Origin: an uncultured Spirochaetota bacterium
Lineage (GTDB): Bacteria; Spirochaetota; Brevinematia; Brevinematales; JAOACQ01
DNA: 64,000 bases
Assembly (NCBI GenBank): GCA_963783575.1
Contig: CAWAOD010000009.1
Span: forward strand, 512,001 to 576,000
Direction of reading: 5' to 3'
Position 1 is the stretch's first letter, and each line of letters begins with the position of its first letter. A program made the position numbers and the translations under genes. Under the pieces are notes generated by a model. The model saw nothing but the letters and a program-made list of their open reading frames with translations, was not told the DNA's origin and did no database searches. Positions 9,898-20,007 of this stretch are shown here, in pieces.

Positions 9898-10719
9898 ATG
9901 AAAATAGTTACCTTACTTGATAATGTTGTTTATGGAAACCGTCTATGTGCTGAACATGGCCTTTCTTTTTATATTGAATCAGATGAAAATAAGGTATTAT
10001 TTGATACCGGGCAAAGTGATAATTTTATTAAAAACGCGCAAATTCTTGGAATAGATATTTCAAAAGTAGATTCACTTATTTTAAGTCATGGCCATTATGA
10101 CCACACGGGCGGCCTTGAGGCTTTTTGCAGGATAAACCATAAAGCAATGATTTATGCCAAAGAAGGTTTATTTGTTTCAAAATATAAAAATAAAACAGAC
10201 TTTATCGGTACAAAATATAATAATTCTTTATTTGACAATAGAATCCGGATTGTAAAAAAGAAAATCGAATTATACCCAAATTTTTTCATTATGCCTATTA
10301 TTAATATAGAAAATACCTGGGATACACATTTTAATGAATTTTTCATCAAGCCGGATAAAATATTTCTTGAAGATAATTTTGAGGATGAACAATTTATTGT
10401 ATTTGTAAATAATAATAAAATGAATATAATCAGCGGCTGCTCACACAGAGGAATTTCAAATATTATTCAGTCGGCAGTGGAAATTTTTCAACTTCCCATT
10501 AATTTTGTTCTGGGCGGTTTTCATCTGAAAGACGCTGATAACGATCTTACTTGCAGATTAATACATGAACTATTAAAATACGATATCGAAAGAATTGGTG
10601 TTTGTCATTGCACTGGAATTGAAAAATATCCGGAAATTAAGGAAGTTTTTAAGAATAAAGCATTTTATAGCTTTACTGGAAATGTTATTGATGAATTAAT
10701 CAAATCAGAGAGGAAATGA
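9898..10719 (+). CDS. MBL-fold metallo-hydrolase
   Basis: AEHGLSF, LFDTG, SHGHYDHTGG, GCSHRG, GGFHL, CHCTG. Confidence 0.92.
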   Translation: MKIVTLLDNVVYGNRLCAEHGLSFYIESDENKVLFDTGQSDNFIKNAQILGIDISKVDSLILSHGHYDHTGGLEAFCRINHKAMIYAKEGLFVSKYKNKTDFIGTKYNNSLFDNRIRIVKKKIELYPNFFIMPIINIENTWDTHFNEFFIKPDKIFLEDNFEDEQFIVFVNNNKMNIISGCSHRGISNIIQSAVEIFQLPINFVLGGFHLKDADNDLTCRLIHELLKYDIERIGVCHCTGIEKYPEIKEVFKNKAFYSFTGNVIDELIKSERK

Positions 10720-10860
10720 AATTTTATTTAATTGAATTTATTGTTTGAAAAAACATTAAATTAATTTTGACTTATTGATAACTTTATCGTATTATTAAGA
10801 TAATGCAATTAATATTGATGCTATTAAAGTCTTGTCTGAATATAATAAGGAGTTGAAATA

Positions 10861-11434
10861 ATGGCTAATAACTTTAATCCAAAGAATATGGAAAGTCTGG
10901 ATGTACCTGAAAGAAAAAAATCCTGCCGGCAGAAGAATTATTGAGGAAAATTGGATTGAAAGAAGGCGATGTATTTCTTGATATCGGAGCAGGCAGCGGT
11001 TATTTTACTTTCCCTGCCGCCGGGATTTTGGGAAATCAGGGCAGGATAATATCGATAGATTCGTCTTCAGTTATGATAGAAGAATTAAAGCGGAAAGCTA
11101 TTGCAAAAGGTTATCATAATATTGATATTCGATTGTCTCAAGAATATGAATTAAATTTGAAAAATGAAAAAGCTGATATCGCTTTTATGAGCCTTGTTCT
11201 ACATGATAGATAGAAGACAAAAATAGATTTATTACAGGAGTAAAGTCTTCACTAAATCTAAATGGGAGAATCATAATCATAGAGTGGCTGCGAAAAACTA
11301 TGGAAAAAGGCCCGCCGATACTTGACAGGGTATCTCTGGAAGAAGTTGAAGAACTTTTGAAATCCACAGGTTTTACAATTTTACAGAGTAAAATTTACAA
11401 TGACTATTTTTACTATATTATTGGTAAGATTTGA
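10861..11434 (+). CDS. Class I SAM-dependent methyltransferase with two frameshifts (near 10914-10920 and near 11207)
   Basis: AAGGAG + ATG 10861 gives MANNFNPKNMESLDVPERKK; then FLDIGAGSGYF and SLVLH; then LNLNGRIIIIEW...GPP to TGA 11434. Confidence 0.75.
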
Positions 11435-11478
11435 TTATTAATTTATAACTTATTTTTAAAAAATTATGGAGGTATTTT

Positions 11479-11691
11479 ATGCCAAAGAACATGGGAATGA
11501 TTGATCGTATAATCCGGGTCATACTGGCAATTGTTGTGGCTATCCTGTTTTTCACAAAACAGATTTCAGGAATCGCCGTTATAATTCTTGGTATCATTGC
11601 TATAATATTCATACTGACGAGCATCTTTGGTTTCTGCCCGCTGTATTTTCCTTTTGGTATTTCAACAAAGAAAAAAGAAGCGGCTAAATAA
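11479..11691 (+). CDS. DUF2892 (YgaP-like) small membrane protein
   Basis: KNMGMIDRIIR...GFCPLYFPFGIST. Confidence 0.88.
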   Translation: MPKNMGMIDRIIRVILAIVVAILFFTKQISGIAVIILGIIAIIFILTSIFGFCPLYFPFGISTKKKEAAK

Positions 11692-11704
11692 CAGAGCTTT
11701 TAAT

Positions 11705-11738
11705 ACGGCCCCGGCAGCCTAGGCCGTCACTATTTTTT
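11705..11738 (+). terminator. Probable intrinsic terminator
   Basis: ACGGCC...GGCCGT stem followed by a T-rich tail after the DUF2892 gene. Confidence 0.45.
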
Positions 11739-11750
11739 GTGGAGTAATTA

Positions 11751-12104
11751 GTGGCAGAAATTTTACGAATTTCAGAATCAGAAATTCGTGATACAATGTT
11801 TAATGGCGAGTTTTCTTCATCTATCACATCATCTAATCGAAATGTAGGCGTTATCCTCACACAGGATTGGTGCCCTCAATGGACTTATATGGAACGATGG
11901 ATTCAAGCTATGCCGAATAGGGACGATCTGGACTTATATCTCGTTAAATATAATAGAGAATGCTATTTTGAAGAATTTATGAGTTTCAAGGAAAATTGCT
12001 GGAAGAACGGCCTTATACCATATGTACGATATTATAAAAATGGAATATTAATCGGAACGTCCAATGCTTTATCGTTGCAGAATTTTCTTAATAAATGGGC
12101 CTGA
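11751..12104 (+). CDS. Thioredoxin-like hypothetical protein (single Cys, WCPQW)
   Basis: LTQDWCPQW and IPYVRYYKNG cis-Pro-like loop. Confidence 0.55.
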   Translation: MAEILRISESEIRDTMFNGEFSSSITSSNRNVGVILTQDWCPQWTYMERWIQAMPNRDDLDLYLVKYNRECYFEEFMSFKENCWKNGLIPYVRYYKNGILIGTSNALSLQNFLNKWA

Positions 12105-12225
12105 ATATAATTTTATACCCATTCAATCTATCAGCAATAAACAGGCGTTCTAATGTGCACCGTTTTTAATAGCCGAAAAGACCATGGTTTCCAGTGCGCT
12201 GATGTGCTCAATTATAATTAATTCC

Positions 12226-12642
12226 TTACATCTTATTTTTTTGCTGGAATTCCCTGAGCCGCTTGTTCAATTTAATGTATGTTCTGTACCAGAAAATCAT
12301 AATTGAAAGCCCGATTATTTCGGAAATAATAAGAAGCCATAAATAAATTGATATTATTCTTAATCCTGAAAGCCAGGAGCCAAGGACAGTCCCTGCCGCA
12401 ATTATTAAACATACTGTCAAAAAAGCCGGTAAAGGCAGCTTTCCGGCATAAACCATAAAGATTACAGAGGCGGCGCTTGCAAATAGACCGATACACACTC
12501 CGGCAATACCGCCATATAATGAATATGGGTAAAGGCTGGCTCTCATTAACAAAACAGCACTGGATCCCACTAAAGTACCGATAATCGCTCCGATCAGAAT
12601 CGAGATTAATAATGTTCTTAATATTTCTTTCGTCATTTTCAT
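12226..12642 (-). CDS. Four-TM membrane protein, LytTR-associated (putative inhibitor)
   Basis: Four hydrophobic segments; C-terminal KLNKRLREFQ; directly downstream of LytTR. Confidence 0.65.
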   Translation of the reverse strand: MKMTKEILRTLLISILIGAIIGTLVGSSAVLLMRASLYPYSLYGGIAGVCIGLFASAASVIFMVYAGKLPLPAFLTVCLIIAAGTVLGSWLSGLRIISIYLWLLIISEIIGLSIMIFWYRTYIKLNKRLREFQQKNKM

Positions 12643-12649
12643 ACTTTCC

Positions 12650-13222
12650 TCACATGCTCAGGATTTCTTTAAAACCCGGCGCATAAATCCTTGCGACCTC
12701 AAGTTCTTCAGGCTTTTCTTTAAGTTTCAGAAGCAGCCTACCGCCGAACCATGGTATGATCTCGGAAATCCAGAAAAGGTTTACTATGCATGATTTTCCG
12801 ATACGGACAAATCCATTGTTTCTTAATTCATGTTCTATTTCATAAAGCTTGCCTTCAACTTCGAAAGACCCTTCCATAGTTGAGGCATAAACAGTATTAC
12901 CATCCGAATGGAAATAACGGATCATATTAAAATCAAACACTTTGTATCTATCGTTTTTCTTACCGGTTATGTATTTTTTGGCTGAGATATTCCCATCTTC
13001 CGATAGTATCCCATCTTGGAATAGAAGCGATCCAATAAGACCGGCTATATCTTCGTTGATGCCCGGCCCGAAAAGGATAACAACACCCGTTTCCGGCAGG
13101 GGTTGTCCTCTTTCCGCAAGAACCAGGGCAGAATCATCGCTTATTGTCCATCCACTACCTTCGATTAAGCGTTCAATAAAATCCTTAATATTTTTTTCGG
13201 CTAGAATTTTAATTCCTGGCAT
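12650..13222 (-). CDS. LytTR family transcriptional regulator without a canonical receiver domain
   Basis: IRYFHSDGN, KLYEIE, GFVRIGKSCIVN, PWFGGRLLLKL, LEVARIY. Confidence 0.9.
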   Translation of the reverse strand: MPGIKILAEKNIKDFIERLIEGSGWTISDDSALVLAERGQPLPETGVVILFGPGINEDIAGLIGSLLFQDGILSEDGNISAKKYITGKKNDRYKVFDFNMIRYFHSDGNTVYASTMEGSFEVEGKLYEIEHELRNNGFVRIGKSCIVNLFWISEIIPWFGGRLLLKLKEKPEELEVARIYAPGFKEILSM

Positions 13223-14978
13223 TCTGCCTCCGTTTATCTTCTTTCGAAATAGATTTACCTACATTTCTATAAACCTGGTTTGAATTATAAGCCCATAATG
13301 CCGTTTCAAGGCTCCAGGTTTTCCAAAGTGTAATAAGAAATTTTCTTTTTAAAGTTCTATTAGAGTAAATTCTCCAGCTGCATTTTTCAAGTTTTCTGTT
13401 GAATTCTTCATCCGTAATGTTTTTAAGACGGTAAGTTAATTCCGACATATCATAGTGCACCCAGTTAGCTTTTTCCAGAGGATATTTCAGCCTTTTTTCC
13501 CGACTGTACTGTTCAAATAACCGGGTTCCGGGCAGGGGAGTTAGAATGGTGGTTTGAATGGAGTCGATTGCTTCTCTGCAGATATATTTTGATTTATTTT
13601 CCATGCTGTCTAGAGTTTCTGAGTCGGAACCGAAAATGAATGCGCCCAGAACAGCGATTCCATGGTGATGGATTTTTTCAAAAGCCTTTTTATAATCGGT
13701 ATTAATATTCAAGTGTTTATTCATCGATTCAAGTTCCGCCGGATTTGAAGATTCCAGTCCGATAAAAACCATCTTACAGCCGCTTTTCTGCGCCCAATAA
13801 AGCATCTCATCATTTAAGCCGAAATTAATCGAAGCCTGGCAGAACCATGATTTCCCCATTTTTCTTTCCGCCATTCCCCTGAAAATAGCAATGGCCCTTT
13901 CTTCGGCTTCCTTCCCATAGCCAAGTATATTATCATCAGCAAAGAATAAAAGAGATGTTTCTATATTTACAATCTCCTCAAGAACTTCATTTACCGGGCG
14001 CTGCCTGTATTTTCTGCCGTTGAAGGCGGAAACGCTGCAGAAATAACAGTCCATAGGACAGCCGCGGGATGTCTGCACCGCCGCGAAAGCATATTCCGGA
14101 CTGAAAATATCCCTGCGGGGAACGGCTGAGCCAGACAATTCCGGATAGCCTCCTCTGTATAAAGGTTTCAGCCGCTTCGATTCAAAATCTATGATTACAT
14201 CTTTCCATACCGTTTCTGCTTCTCCTATAACCACGGCATCAACAAATTTGCCGGCTTCCTCCGGGCACATGGACGCATGAATTCCGCCCATAACAACAGG
14301 TATTCCTTTTTGTTTGTATTGTCCGGCGATCTCATAGGCCCTTGCAGCCGAAGATGTAAAAGCTGTTATGCCGGCAAGATCGGCTTCCTCAAATACAAAC
14401 GGATTGATGTTTTCGTCAATAAGCTTAATTTCGTAATCATCCGGCGTTAAAGAGGCAATTATTCCAAGGCCAAGCGGCGGGAATCTGGATGAATTATTAA
14501 TTGTAAGCCCGGATTTAGTAAGATTTACAGGATTAATCAAAACGAGCTTTTTTTTACTGTTTAAAAGAATATTGATCTTATCAATATTCTTATTTTCTTC
14601 ATGTTTTTTATCTTCCCGGCGGATCTTTCTCAGAATAAGAAATATCGATAAGATATAGATCAAAAGACTCAGGAAAAAGCATATGGAGAAAGATATGACA
14701 GCATCGGCACGCCTGGGTATGCATACAGAAGTAATGATTATTGTCGGAATGGAAAAAAATATGAATGGAAGTAAATATGGAGTTTTTTTATTCAATTTTA
14801 AAATTGCATACCGGTTTTTTATTGATTCCTTTAAAGCAGAGATAGTTGTAAATGAAAACCAGAAAAGGTAGGATGCAAAGCTAATTATCATACCGGGTTC
14901 ACGAGGAATGAAAAAAAAGGATGTTACTGTAGTGAAGATTAAAAAAATGAGCAGAGGCAAATACGCAATTTTAAACAT
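13209..14978 (-). CDS. B12-binding (class B) radical SAM protein with an N-terminal four-TM domain
   Basis: FPPLGL, VVMGGIHAS, VIGEAE, TSRGCPMDCYFC, FADDN, IGLES, LTPLPGT; hydrophobic first ~115 aa. Confidence 0.9.
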   Translation of the reverse strand: MFKIAYLPLLIFLIFTTVTSFFFIPREPGMIISFASYLFWFSFTTISALKESIKNRYAILKLNKKTPYLLPFIFFSIPTIIITSVCIPRRADAVISFSICFFLSLLIYILSIFLILRKIRREDKKHEENKNIDKINILLNSKKKLVLINPVNLTKSGLTINNSSRFPPLGLGIIASLTPDDYEIKLIDENINPFVFEEADLAGITAFTSSAARAYEIAGQYKQKGIPVVMGGIHASMCPEEAGKFVDAVVIGEAETVWKDVIIDFESKRLKPLYRGGYPELSGSAVPRRDIFSPEYAFAAVQTSRGCPMDCYFCSVSAFNGRKYRQRPVNEVLEEIVNIETSLLFFADDNILGYGKEAEERAIAIFRGMAERKMGKSWFCQASINFGLNDEMLYWAQKSGCKMVFIGLESSNPAELESMNKHLNINTDYKKAFEKIHHHGIAVLGAFIFGSDSETLDSMENKSKYICREAIDSIQTTILTPLPGTRLFEQYSREKRLKYPLEKANWVHYDMSELTYRLKNITDEEFNRKLEKCSWRIYSNRTLKRKFLITLWKTWSLETALWAYNSNQVYRNVGKSISKEDKRRQNARN

Positions 14979-14989
14979 AAACCCTCCAT

Positions 14990-15733
14990 TCAGCCTTTAT
15001 AATTTTCAAGATTTTCGGCAGCCGATTTTCCTTCCGGAAGATTTGTTCCCAGTTTACCCTGTAATTCAACCGATTTTTTCCAGTAATTAACTGCGTTTTC
15101 AATATTGCCTTTATTTTTTTCCATATTTCCAAGGTAATAATATGCAACTATCATATATCCCTCAATATCCGGATTATTCATGTAATAAGATTCGACAAAA
15201 CCATAGTCTTCTTCTGCAATTTTTGATTTATTGAAAAAACCAGGTAAATTTGCAAAATAATTTGCCCTCATATAATGGGCATACCATTCCATTCCAGCTC
15301 CTTTGGAAAGTTTTACGGCCCTGTCAAAAATACCGGAAGAGGTATTCACTTTTAAGAATTGCACAAAAGAATTTGATGAATCCCTTACGGCCAATGAATA
15401 ACCGAGCGCGTTATAAATAAGGCCCAGTGAATTTGTGGGGTCCTTCTTTAAAAATTTTTCCGTGTATTCAAGTATTTTTTCAGAAGCCCCCTTTTCCGGG
15501 TTTTTATTGGGTGAAGAAAGAGCGCCGTATAAAATTCCAACGGCAAGATCGGCATAATAATCATCCGGTTCATTTAAAATCTTATTTCTGTATTCATCAA
15601 TTTTATTATGAATAATATCATAATCCTGTCCAAAATAAACGTTTAACTTGAAACATTCTTCATAATCGGTACAAAATGCAAACCCTGTTATAAAAATCAG
15701 GCAGCATAAAATGGCTGGAAATTTTTTAGTCAT
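14990..15733 (-). CDS. Exported TPR-like alpha-helical protein
   Basis: Signal-like N-terminus; LPGFFNKSKIA; AYYYLGNMEKNKGNIENAVNYWKKSV TPR motif. Confidence 0.7.
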   Translation of the reverse strand: MTKKFPAILCCLIFITGFAFCTDYEECFKLNVYFGQDYDIIHNKIDEYRNKILNEPDDYYADLAVGILYGALSSPNKNPEKGASEKILEYTEKFLKKDPTNSLGLIYNALGYSLAVRDSSNSFVQFLKVNTSSGIFDRAVKLSKGAGMEWYAHYMRANYFANLPGFFNKSKIAEEDYGFVESYYMNNPDIEGYMIVAYYYLGNMEKNKGNIENAVNYWKKSVELQGKLGTNLPEGKSAAENLENYKG

Positions 15734-15762
15734 ATAATTCTCTCCTTAAATTATTTATTCAT

Positions 15763-15830
15763 ATTATATCAGAAATTTTCATTGAATAATATCAAAATAT
15801 GACAAGAGGTTTTTTTTTAATGATAAGAGG
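15763..15830 (-). promoter_or_regulatory. Promoter with -10 TATAAT, poor -35 and a LytTR-type direct repeat
   Basis: ATTATA at 15763-15768 (TATAAT on minus); ATGACAAGAGG (15799-15809) and ATGATAAGAGG (15820-15830), period 21 bp. Confidence 0.6.
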
Positions 15831-15906
15831 CTTTACGAAACTATAAAAGGATTTCTACAATATTTTTATGAATTGAATCGAAAGAGATGTTTTGATGAAA
15901 AATTAA

Positions 15907-17238
15907 TTAATCTTCAGCGTTGTAAACAATCTTTCCCCGGGATAGAGTATATTTTACCGCACCATGGAATGTTCTGCCTGTAAAAGCGCTGTTTTTACCT
16001 TTTGAAATAAAGGATGATTTTGTGATAGTTACCGGTTCGTCCGGATTAAAGATTGTCAAGTCCGCATATTTACCTTCTTCAATAACGCCCCGGGCAATAC
16101 CTAGAATTTGCGAGGGTTTGTATGACACAAGATTGATCCAGTCAATCATTGTGATTTTCCCTTTCTTTACCAGTTCGGAAAATGTTACGGGAAGAAATGT
16201 CTCGAATCCGACTGTCCCGAAAGGCGCTTTGTCGAATCCCAGGCCTTTTTCCTCTTCGGTATGCGGGGCATGATCGGTTGCTATTGCATCTATCAGGCCT
16301 TCAATAACAACGGATTCTATCGCTCTTCTGTCAGATTCGGGCCTGAGCGGAGGGTTTATCTTTTTATCGGTATCGGAAAATGAAATAATGTCGCTTTCAG
16401 ATAAAGTCAGATGATGCGGAGTACAATCGCAGGTAAAAAGGCCCGGATAAGTTTTTTTCAAATATCTTATTGCTTCGGCCGATTTTTCAGTTGAAATATG
16501 AGTAAAATGTACTTTCTCACCAATCATTCCTGCTATGTTTCCCAGCCTCAGAATGTCAAGGCTCTCGCTTTCCGCAGGCTGGCCTTTTATACCGAATTTT
16601 TGTTCAATCTTTCCATAACTAACGCGGAAAGGGATACCCTGATTATCCTTAGCAAGAAAATCGGTCTCCGGGTGTTCGATCAGTAGGGCCGAAGATTCTT
16701 TAGCCAGCCGGCAAACTTCGGTTATTGTTTTATAATTCTGGATGGCGCTGCCGTCGTCACTAAAACAGGCGCAGCCTGCCGCAGTGTTTTTTATAAAATC
16801 AACGGGATCAATTCCTTTGCGGCCTTTTGTCATGGAAGAGGCTATAAGGACTTCAATAACGGCTTTTACGTCAATTATTTCCTTTAATTTCCTGATAATA
16901 TCCGGATTATCAATGGCAGGCTCGGTATTAGGCATTGCGACAACGGTTGCTATGCCGCCTTTGGCCGCGGATAAAGTGCCTGATTCTATCGTCTCTTTAT
17001 TAGTCTGTCCCGGCTCTCTCAGGTGGGAATGCATATCCACAAGACCAGGAATTATATAAAAAGATTCTGCATCGATGACTTTCCTGCCTGACATTTCGAT
17101 ATTCCGGGCAATTTTAACTATTATTCCCTCTTTTATAAGAAGATCAAGTTTTTCCCCGTTGATTTTATTTTTATAATCGAAAACCAGGCCGTTTTTTACA
17201 ATTATAATATGATCTCCGGAGTTTATATTTTTTATCAT
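15907..17238 (-). CDS. pyrC: Dihydroorotase
   Basis: PGLVDMHSHLREPG, AMPNTEP, HFTHIS, DCTPHHL, KINPPLR, IATDHAPH. Confidence 0.95.
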   Translation of the reverse strand: MIKNINSGDHIIIVKNGLVFDYKNKINGEKLDLLIKEGIIVKIARNIEMSGRKVIDAESFYIIPGLVDMHSHLREPGQTNKETIESGTLSAAKGGIATVVAMPNTEPAIDNPDIIRKLKEIIDVKAVIEVLIASSMTKGRKGIDPVDFIKNTAAGCACFSDDGSAIQNYKTITEVCRLAKESSALLIEHPETDFLAKDNQGIPFRVSYGKIEQKFGIKGQPAESESLDILRLGNIAGMIGEKVHFTHISTEKSAEAIRYLKKTYPGLFTCDCTPHHLTLSESDIISFSDTDKKINPPLRPESDRRAIESVVIEGLIDAIATDHAPHTEEEKGLGFDKAPFGTVGFETFLPVTFSELVKKGKITMIDWINLVSYKPSQILGIARGVIEEGKYADLTIFNPDEPVTITKSSFISKGKNSAFTGRTFHGAVKYTLSRGKIVYNAED

Positions 17239-17403
17239 AGTATATTACCTAACGATGTTTTTTCAAATAACGGATAGTTTTCTGTGGCAAGCCCATTCGA
17301 TTCCACAGGGCAGGATTTGTCGAATCCATTCTTGATATTAGTAGCAATAATGTAGCTGCTTATGATACATAGTGACTGAGTAATTATCGAATATTTGTGA
17401 TTT

Positions 17404-17970
17404 TCAGTCAAAATTTGAAACCGCTTTTTCTTCATTTATTTTATGCAGAGATAAAGCGATCATATATTTATTATATTCGTAGCTTCCATTATAAACCGGT
17501 ATCAGCGAATACATCCTAAGCGCCGCTTCACCGAGCGCTTTCCTTGAATTGAAGCGGATCTTCTGATTGGGATATTTTTTACCAATTTCTTCAAGAGCGC
17601 TCATAAAAATCCATTTTTTCTTTTCGGCTCCCAGTTCCCAGATATCATAAATCAGGGAATAATCCGAAATATTATAGCTTTTAAGGAAATCATTTTTTAC
17701 AATATTATAGCGGGTGCTCATCTTGTCAATCAGTATAGATACCCCGGCTTCTTCCAGAAATTCCGAATAATCCTCAAGATAATTTGTGATATAAACAATT
17801 TTCTGGCCGGGATCGGCAGTCATCACCCGCACATAGGTTTTGATCCCATCATCTATGATAATCTGATAATCCACTCCCTCGCAGTGCTCAACAAGACGGT
17901 AATATGCATCTAAAAAATATGTCCTGATCGAAAGACGTTCTTTCAAATCCATTAACTCGAATTTACCCAT
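17404..17970 (-). CDS. Hypothetical protein
   Basis: Long ORF; GGAGG RBS precedes ATG 17970 (MGKFELMDL); no recognised motif. Confidence 0.6.
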   Translation of the reverse strand: MGKFELMDLKERLSIRTYFLDAYYRLVEHCEGVDYQIIIDDGIKTYVRVMTADPGQKIVYITNYLEDYSEFLEEAGVSILIDKMSTRYNIVKNDFLKSYNISDYSLIYDIWELGAEKKKWIFMSALEEIGKKYPNQKIRFNSRKALGEAALRMYSLIPVYNGSYEYNKYMIALSLHKINEEKAVSNFD

Positions 17971-18201
17971 AAAGCCTCCCGAATAATTTACTAAATTTGC
18001 AAACCGGGTCAATAAACCGGCACTCCGCCTGGTAGATTCTTTATTCAATTATATACCCGGCTTGGGAATCTTGCAACAGAAAATAGTTTTATTTTTAAAT
18101 TTTACTGATCAAAGTTATTATATGTAATATTAATCGTTTGATACACAGTTGGCCAGTAAAAAATAAAATATTTTAAAATTATGTACCGCTAGAGGGCGGG
18201 C

Positions 18202-18361
18202 TATTAACGGGCAGAACGCGCCGACGTAATGTCCTTTTTGAGCCCGCCTTTAACTCACCTCCTGTTTCAACCGGAATTTCATTCCGTACAGATTGGCGGG
18301 ACACTCCTCCGAGTTGCTCTCAAAAAGGACATTCCATCTCTGCTATTCTTACCCGTAAATC
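18202..18361 (+). repeat. Long imperfect inverted repeat with attC-like architecture
   Basis: Perfect 15-bp arms AATGTCCTTTTTGAG (18228-18242) / CTCAAAAAGGACATT (18319-18333); outer arms TATTAAC-GGGCA-GAACGCGC ... GCTATTC-TTACCC-GTAAATC. Confidence 0.55.
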
Positions 18362-18444
18362 TATGCGCAATCGTTGCGCTACCGAACTAACGTACGGCTG
18401 GCTATGTGATTATAGGGTTGACTCAATAAGCGTCCCTTCGGCAA

Positions 18445-19421
18445 CAGACTGTGTGAAAACTCAGTAAAATTTTATAGTAAAATCGATTAATTATACAAAA
18501 ACTCCATTTTTTGATATATTTTTCAAGCTAAAAAAATCTTAGTTTCAAAAATCTATCCGAATACGATAAACGATGGTTTATTAGCATCAAACCAGAGTCA
18601 TAAGTCTCTTTATTCCCAATATATTCAATACTTTTATTAAATTATGAATGAATCCTGCCAAACTGGATTCCGTCAGAACGCCATCCTTTCCCTTCATTAA
18701 AAAATAACTGTAACCCATATTCCTTTTTATCGATCCAAATGGATGTTCACATATCTCTTTCCTTTTCTCTATGATCTTTTTCCCGGCTTCAGAACGAATT
18801 TTCCTCTTGAAGTTCTCAATTTCTTCTTTTCTAACTGGTACTTTGATACTTCGTCCTTCCACGCTTTCAGTACACTTATTTCTTACTTCACATTGGCTGC
18901 ATAAGCCGCACTTGTACCTGACTATCTCTTTTCCTCCATTGACCTTCTCTACTTTTTTCCCATTTCTCACTAATGGGTTTCCCTCCGGACAATAATAAAC
19001 ATCTTGTCCCGGATCATATTTGAATTTATCAACCTGGTATTCAATCGTCTTGAAATCCGGCGCTAGTCGTCCAGTCAGCCACATCAACTCTGTGTTTCTT
19101 CGGCACTCTCTCTCTAATTTCCTGCTTGTCCTGATTTTATTCAAATATCCGTAAATATAGATTTTTAAAAGTATTTCGGATTTATATGAACTTCTGCCGG
19201 TTGATGCTTCTTTTACTTTAAAACCAACTCCTTTCATATTTAGCTTATCAACAAAAATATCTATAAACCTTACCGGATCTTCTTCTCCTAACAGATCTTC
19301 CAGTGTTTCATTGAACAGAACTATCTGATCCCTTGATTCTCCCTCAATATGCTTCATCTTTTACTCCGATTATTTTTGTTCTAATAATTATAGCATATTT
19401 ACTGTGTTTTCACACAGTCTG
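18445..19421 (-). mobile_element. Internally deleted IS1182-family element (977 bp)
   Basis: TIRs CAGACTGTGTGAAAACTCAGTAAA / TTTACTGTGTTTTCACACAGTCTG (23 of 24 match); contains transposase ORF 18587..19357. Confidence 0.88.
18587..19357 (-). pseudogene. IS1182-family transposase with an in-frame internal deletion
   Basis: N-terminal IYGYLNKIRTSRKLERE...APDFKTI joined directly to C-terminal FKYD...YCPEG...CEHPFGSIK; central DDE core missing. Confidence 0.85.
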
Positions 19422-19557
19422 CATACTCAGGGCAGGCTCTTGCTCCCATGGTTATTTGGCTTCATTCCTAATTAAAACAATTCTTTTATGCTCAATATTA
19501 ACTTATAATCATCGGTTCTTTTTGGTTATTGGCCGGCTTTTCGGGAGATTATTATTA

Positions 19558-19587
19558 TTGACATTCATTAATTTAAAATGCTATAAT
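19558..19587 (+). promoter_or_regulatory. Strong sigma70-like promoter facing the cassette-like genes
   Basis: TTGACA, 18-bp spacer ending in TGC, TATAAT (extended -10). Confidence 0.6.
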
Positions 19588-19668
19588 AAAAATGTTTCTA
19601 TCGTTGATCGTAAGCTAATTGGTAAATAATGCACGTATTTACTAAATTTTAAAAAAGTTCGTATTTAT

Positions 19669-19756
19669 ACCTGATTTAAGGATAATATAAGAAGTTCGTA
19701 TATTATCTCTGAATCGCAGGGAAATACGAGTAAACTTCACTTATATTGAGTTAGGT
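19669..19756 (+). repeat. attC-like hairpin
   Basis: AATATAAG-AAGTT-CGTAT...ATACG-AG-TAAACTTC-ACTTATATT stem ending in core site GTTAGGT; degenerate inverse core ACCTGAT. Confidence 0.5.
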
Positions 19757-20007
19757 GAAAAGTCACAGCATACTAATTTTACTCCAAATGTTCAGCGTCC
19801 TACCGAACTTAATTAACAACGTGTCTTTAAGCTTAACTAATTATAAATTATAGAGTTATGTTTAAAGGAGGATATATAAAATGAAAAAAATAGTATCTTG
19901 GATTTTTATGGTTTTGGTTGGAATATTGTTTGTGTTTTATTCTTGTTCAACAACGCCTGATACTTCAAGTAGTTCAAATTCTACAAGCAATACAAATTCG
20001 ATAACTA

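Noticed and set aside
10914..10920. Programmed ribosomal frameshifting or phase variation at the A-run
   Set aside because: Similar one-base indels occur in many unrelated genes, so assembly error is more parsimonious
17235..17435. 66-aa minus-strand ORF between the hypothetical gene and pyrC
   Set aside because: No recognisable motif; could be a frameshifted tail of 17404..17970, but this cannot be supported
17404..18048. Candidate integron integrase next to the attC-like cluster
   Set aside because: No tyrosine recombinase R-H-R-Y motifs, and too short
19333..19629. 98-aa + strand ORF
   Set aside because: Runs across the IS end, a REP and a promoter; no RBS or motif
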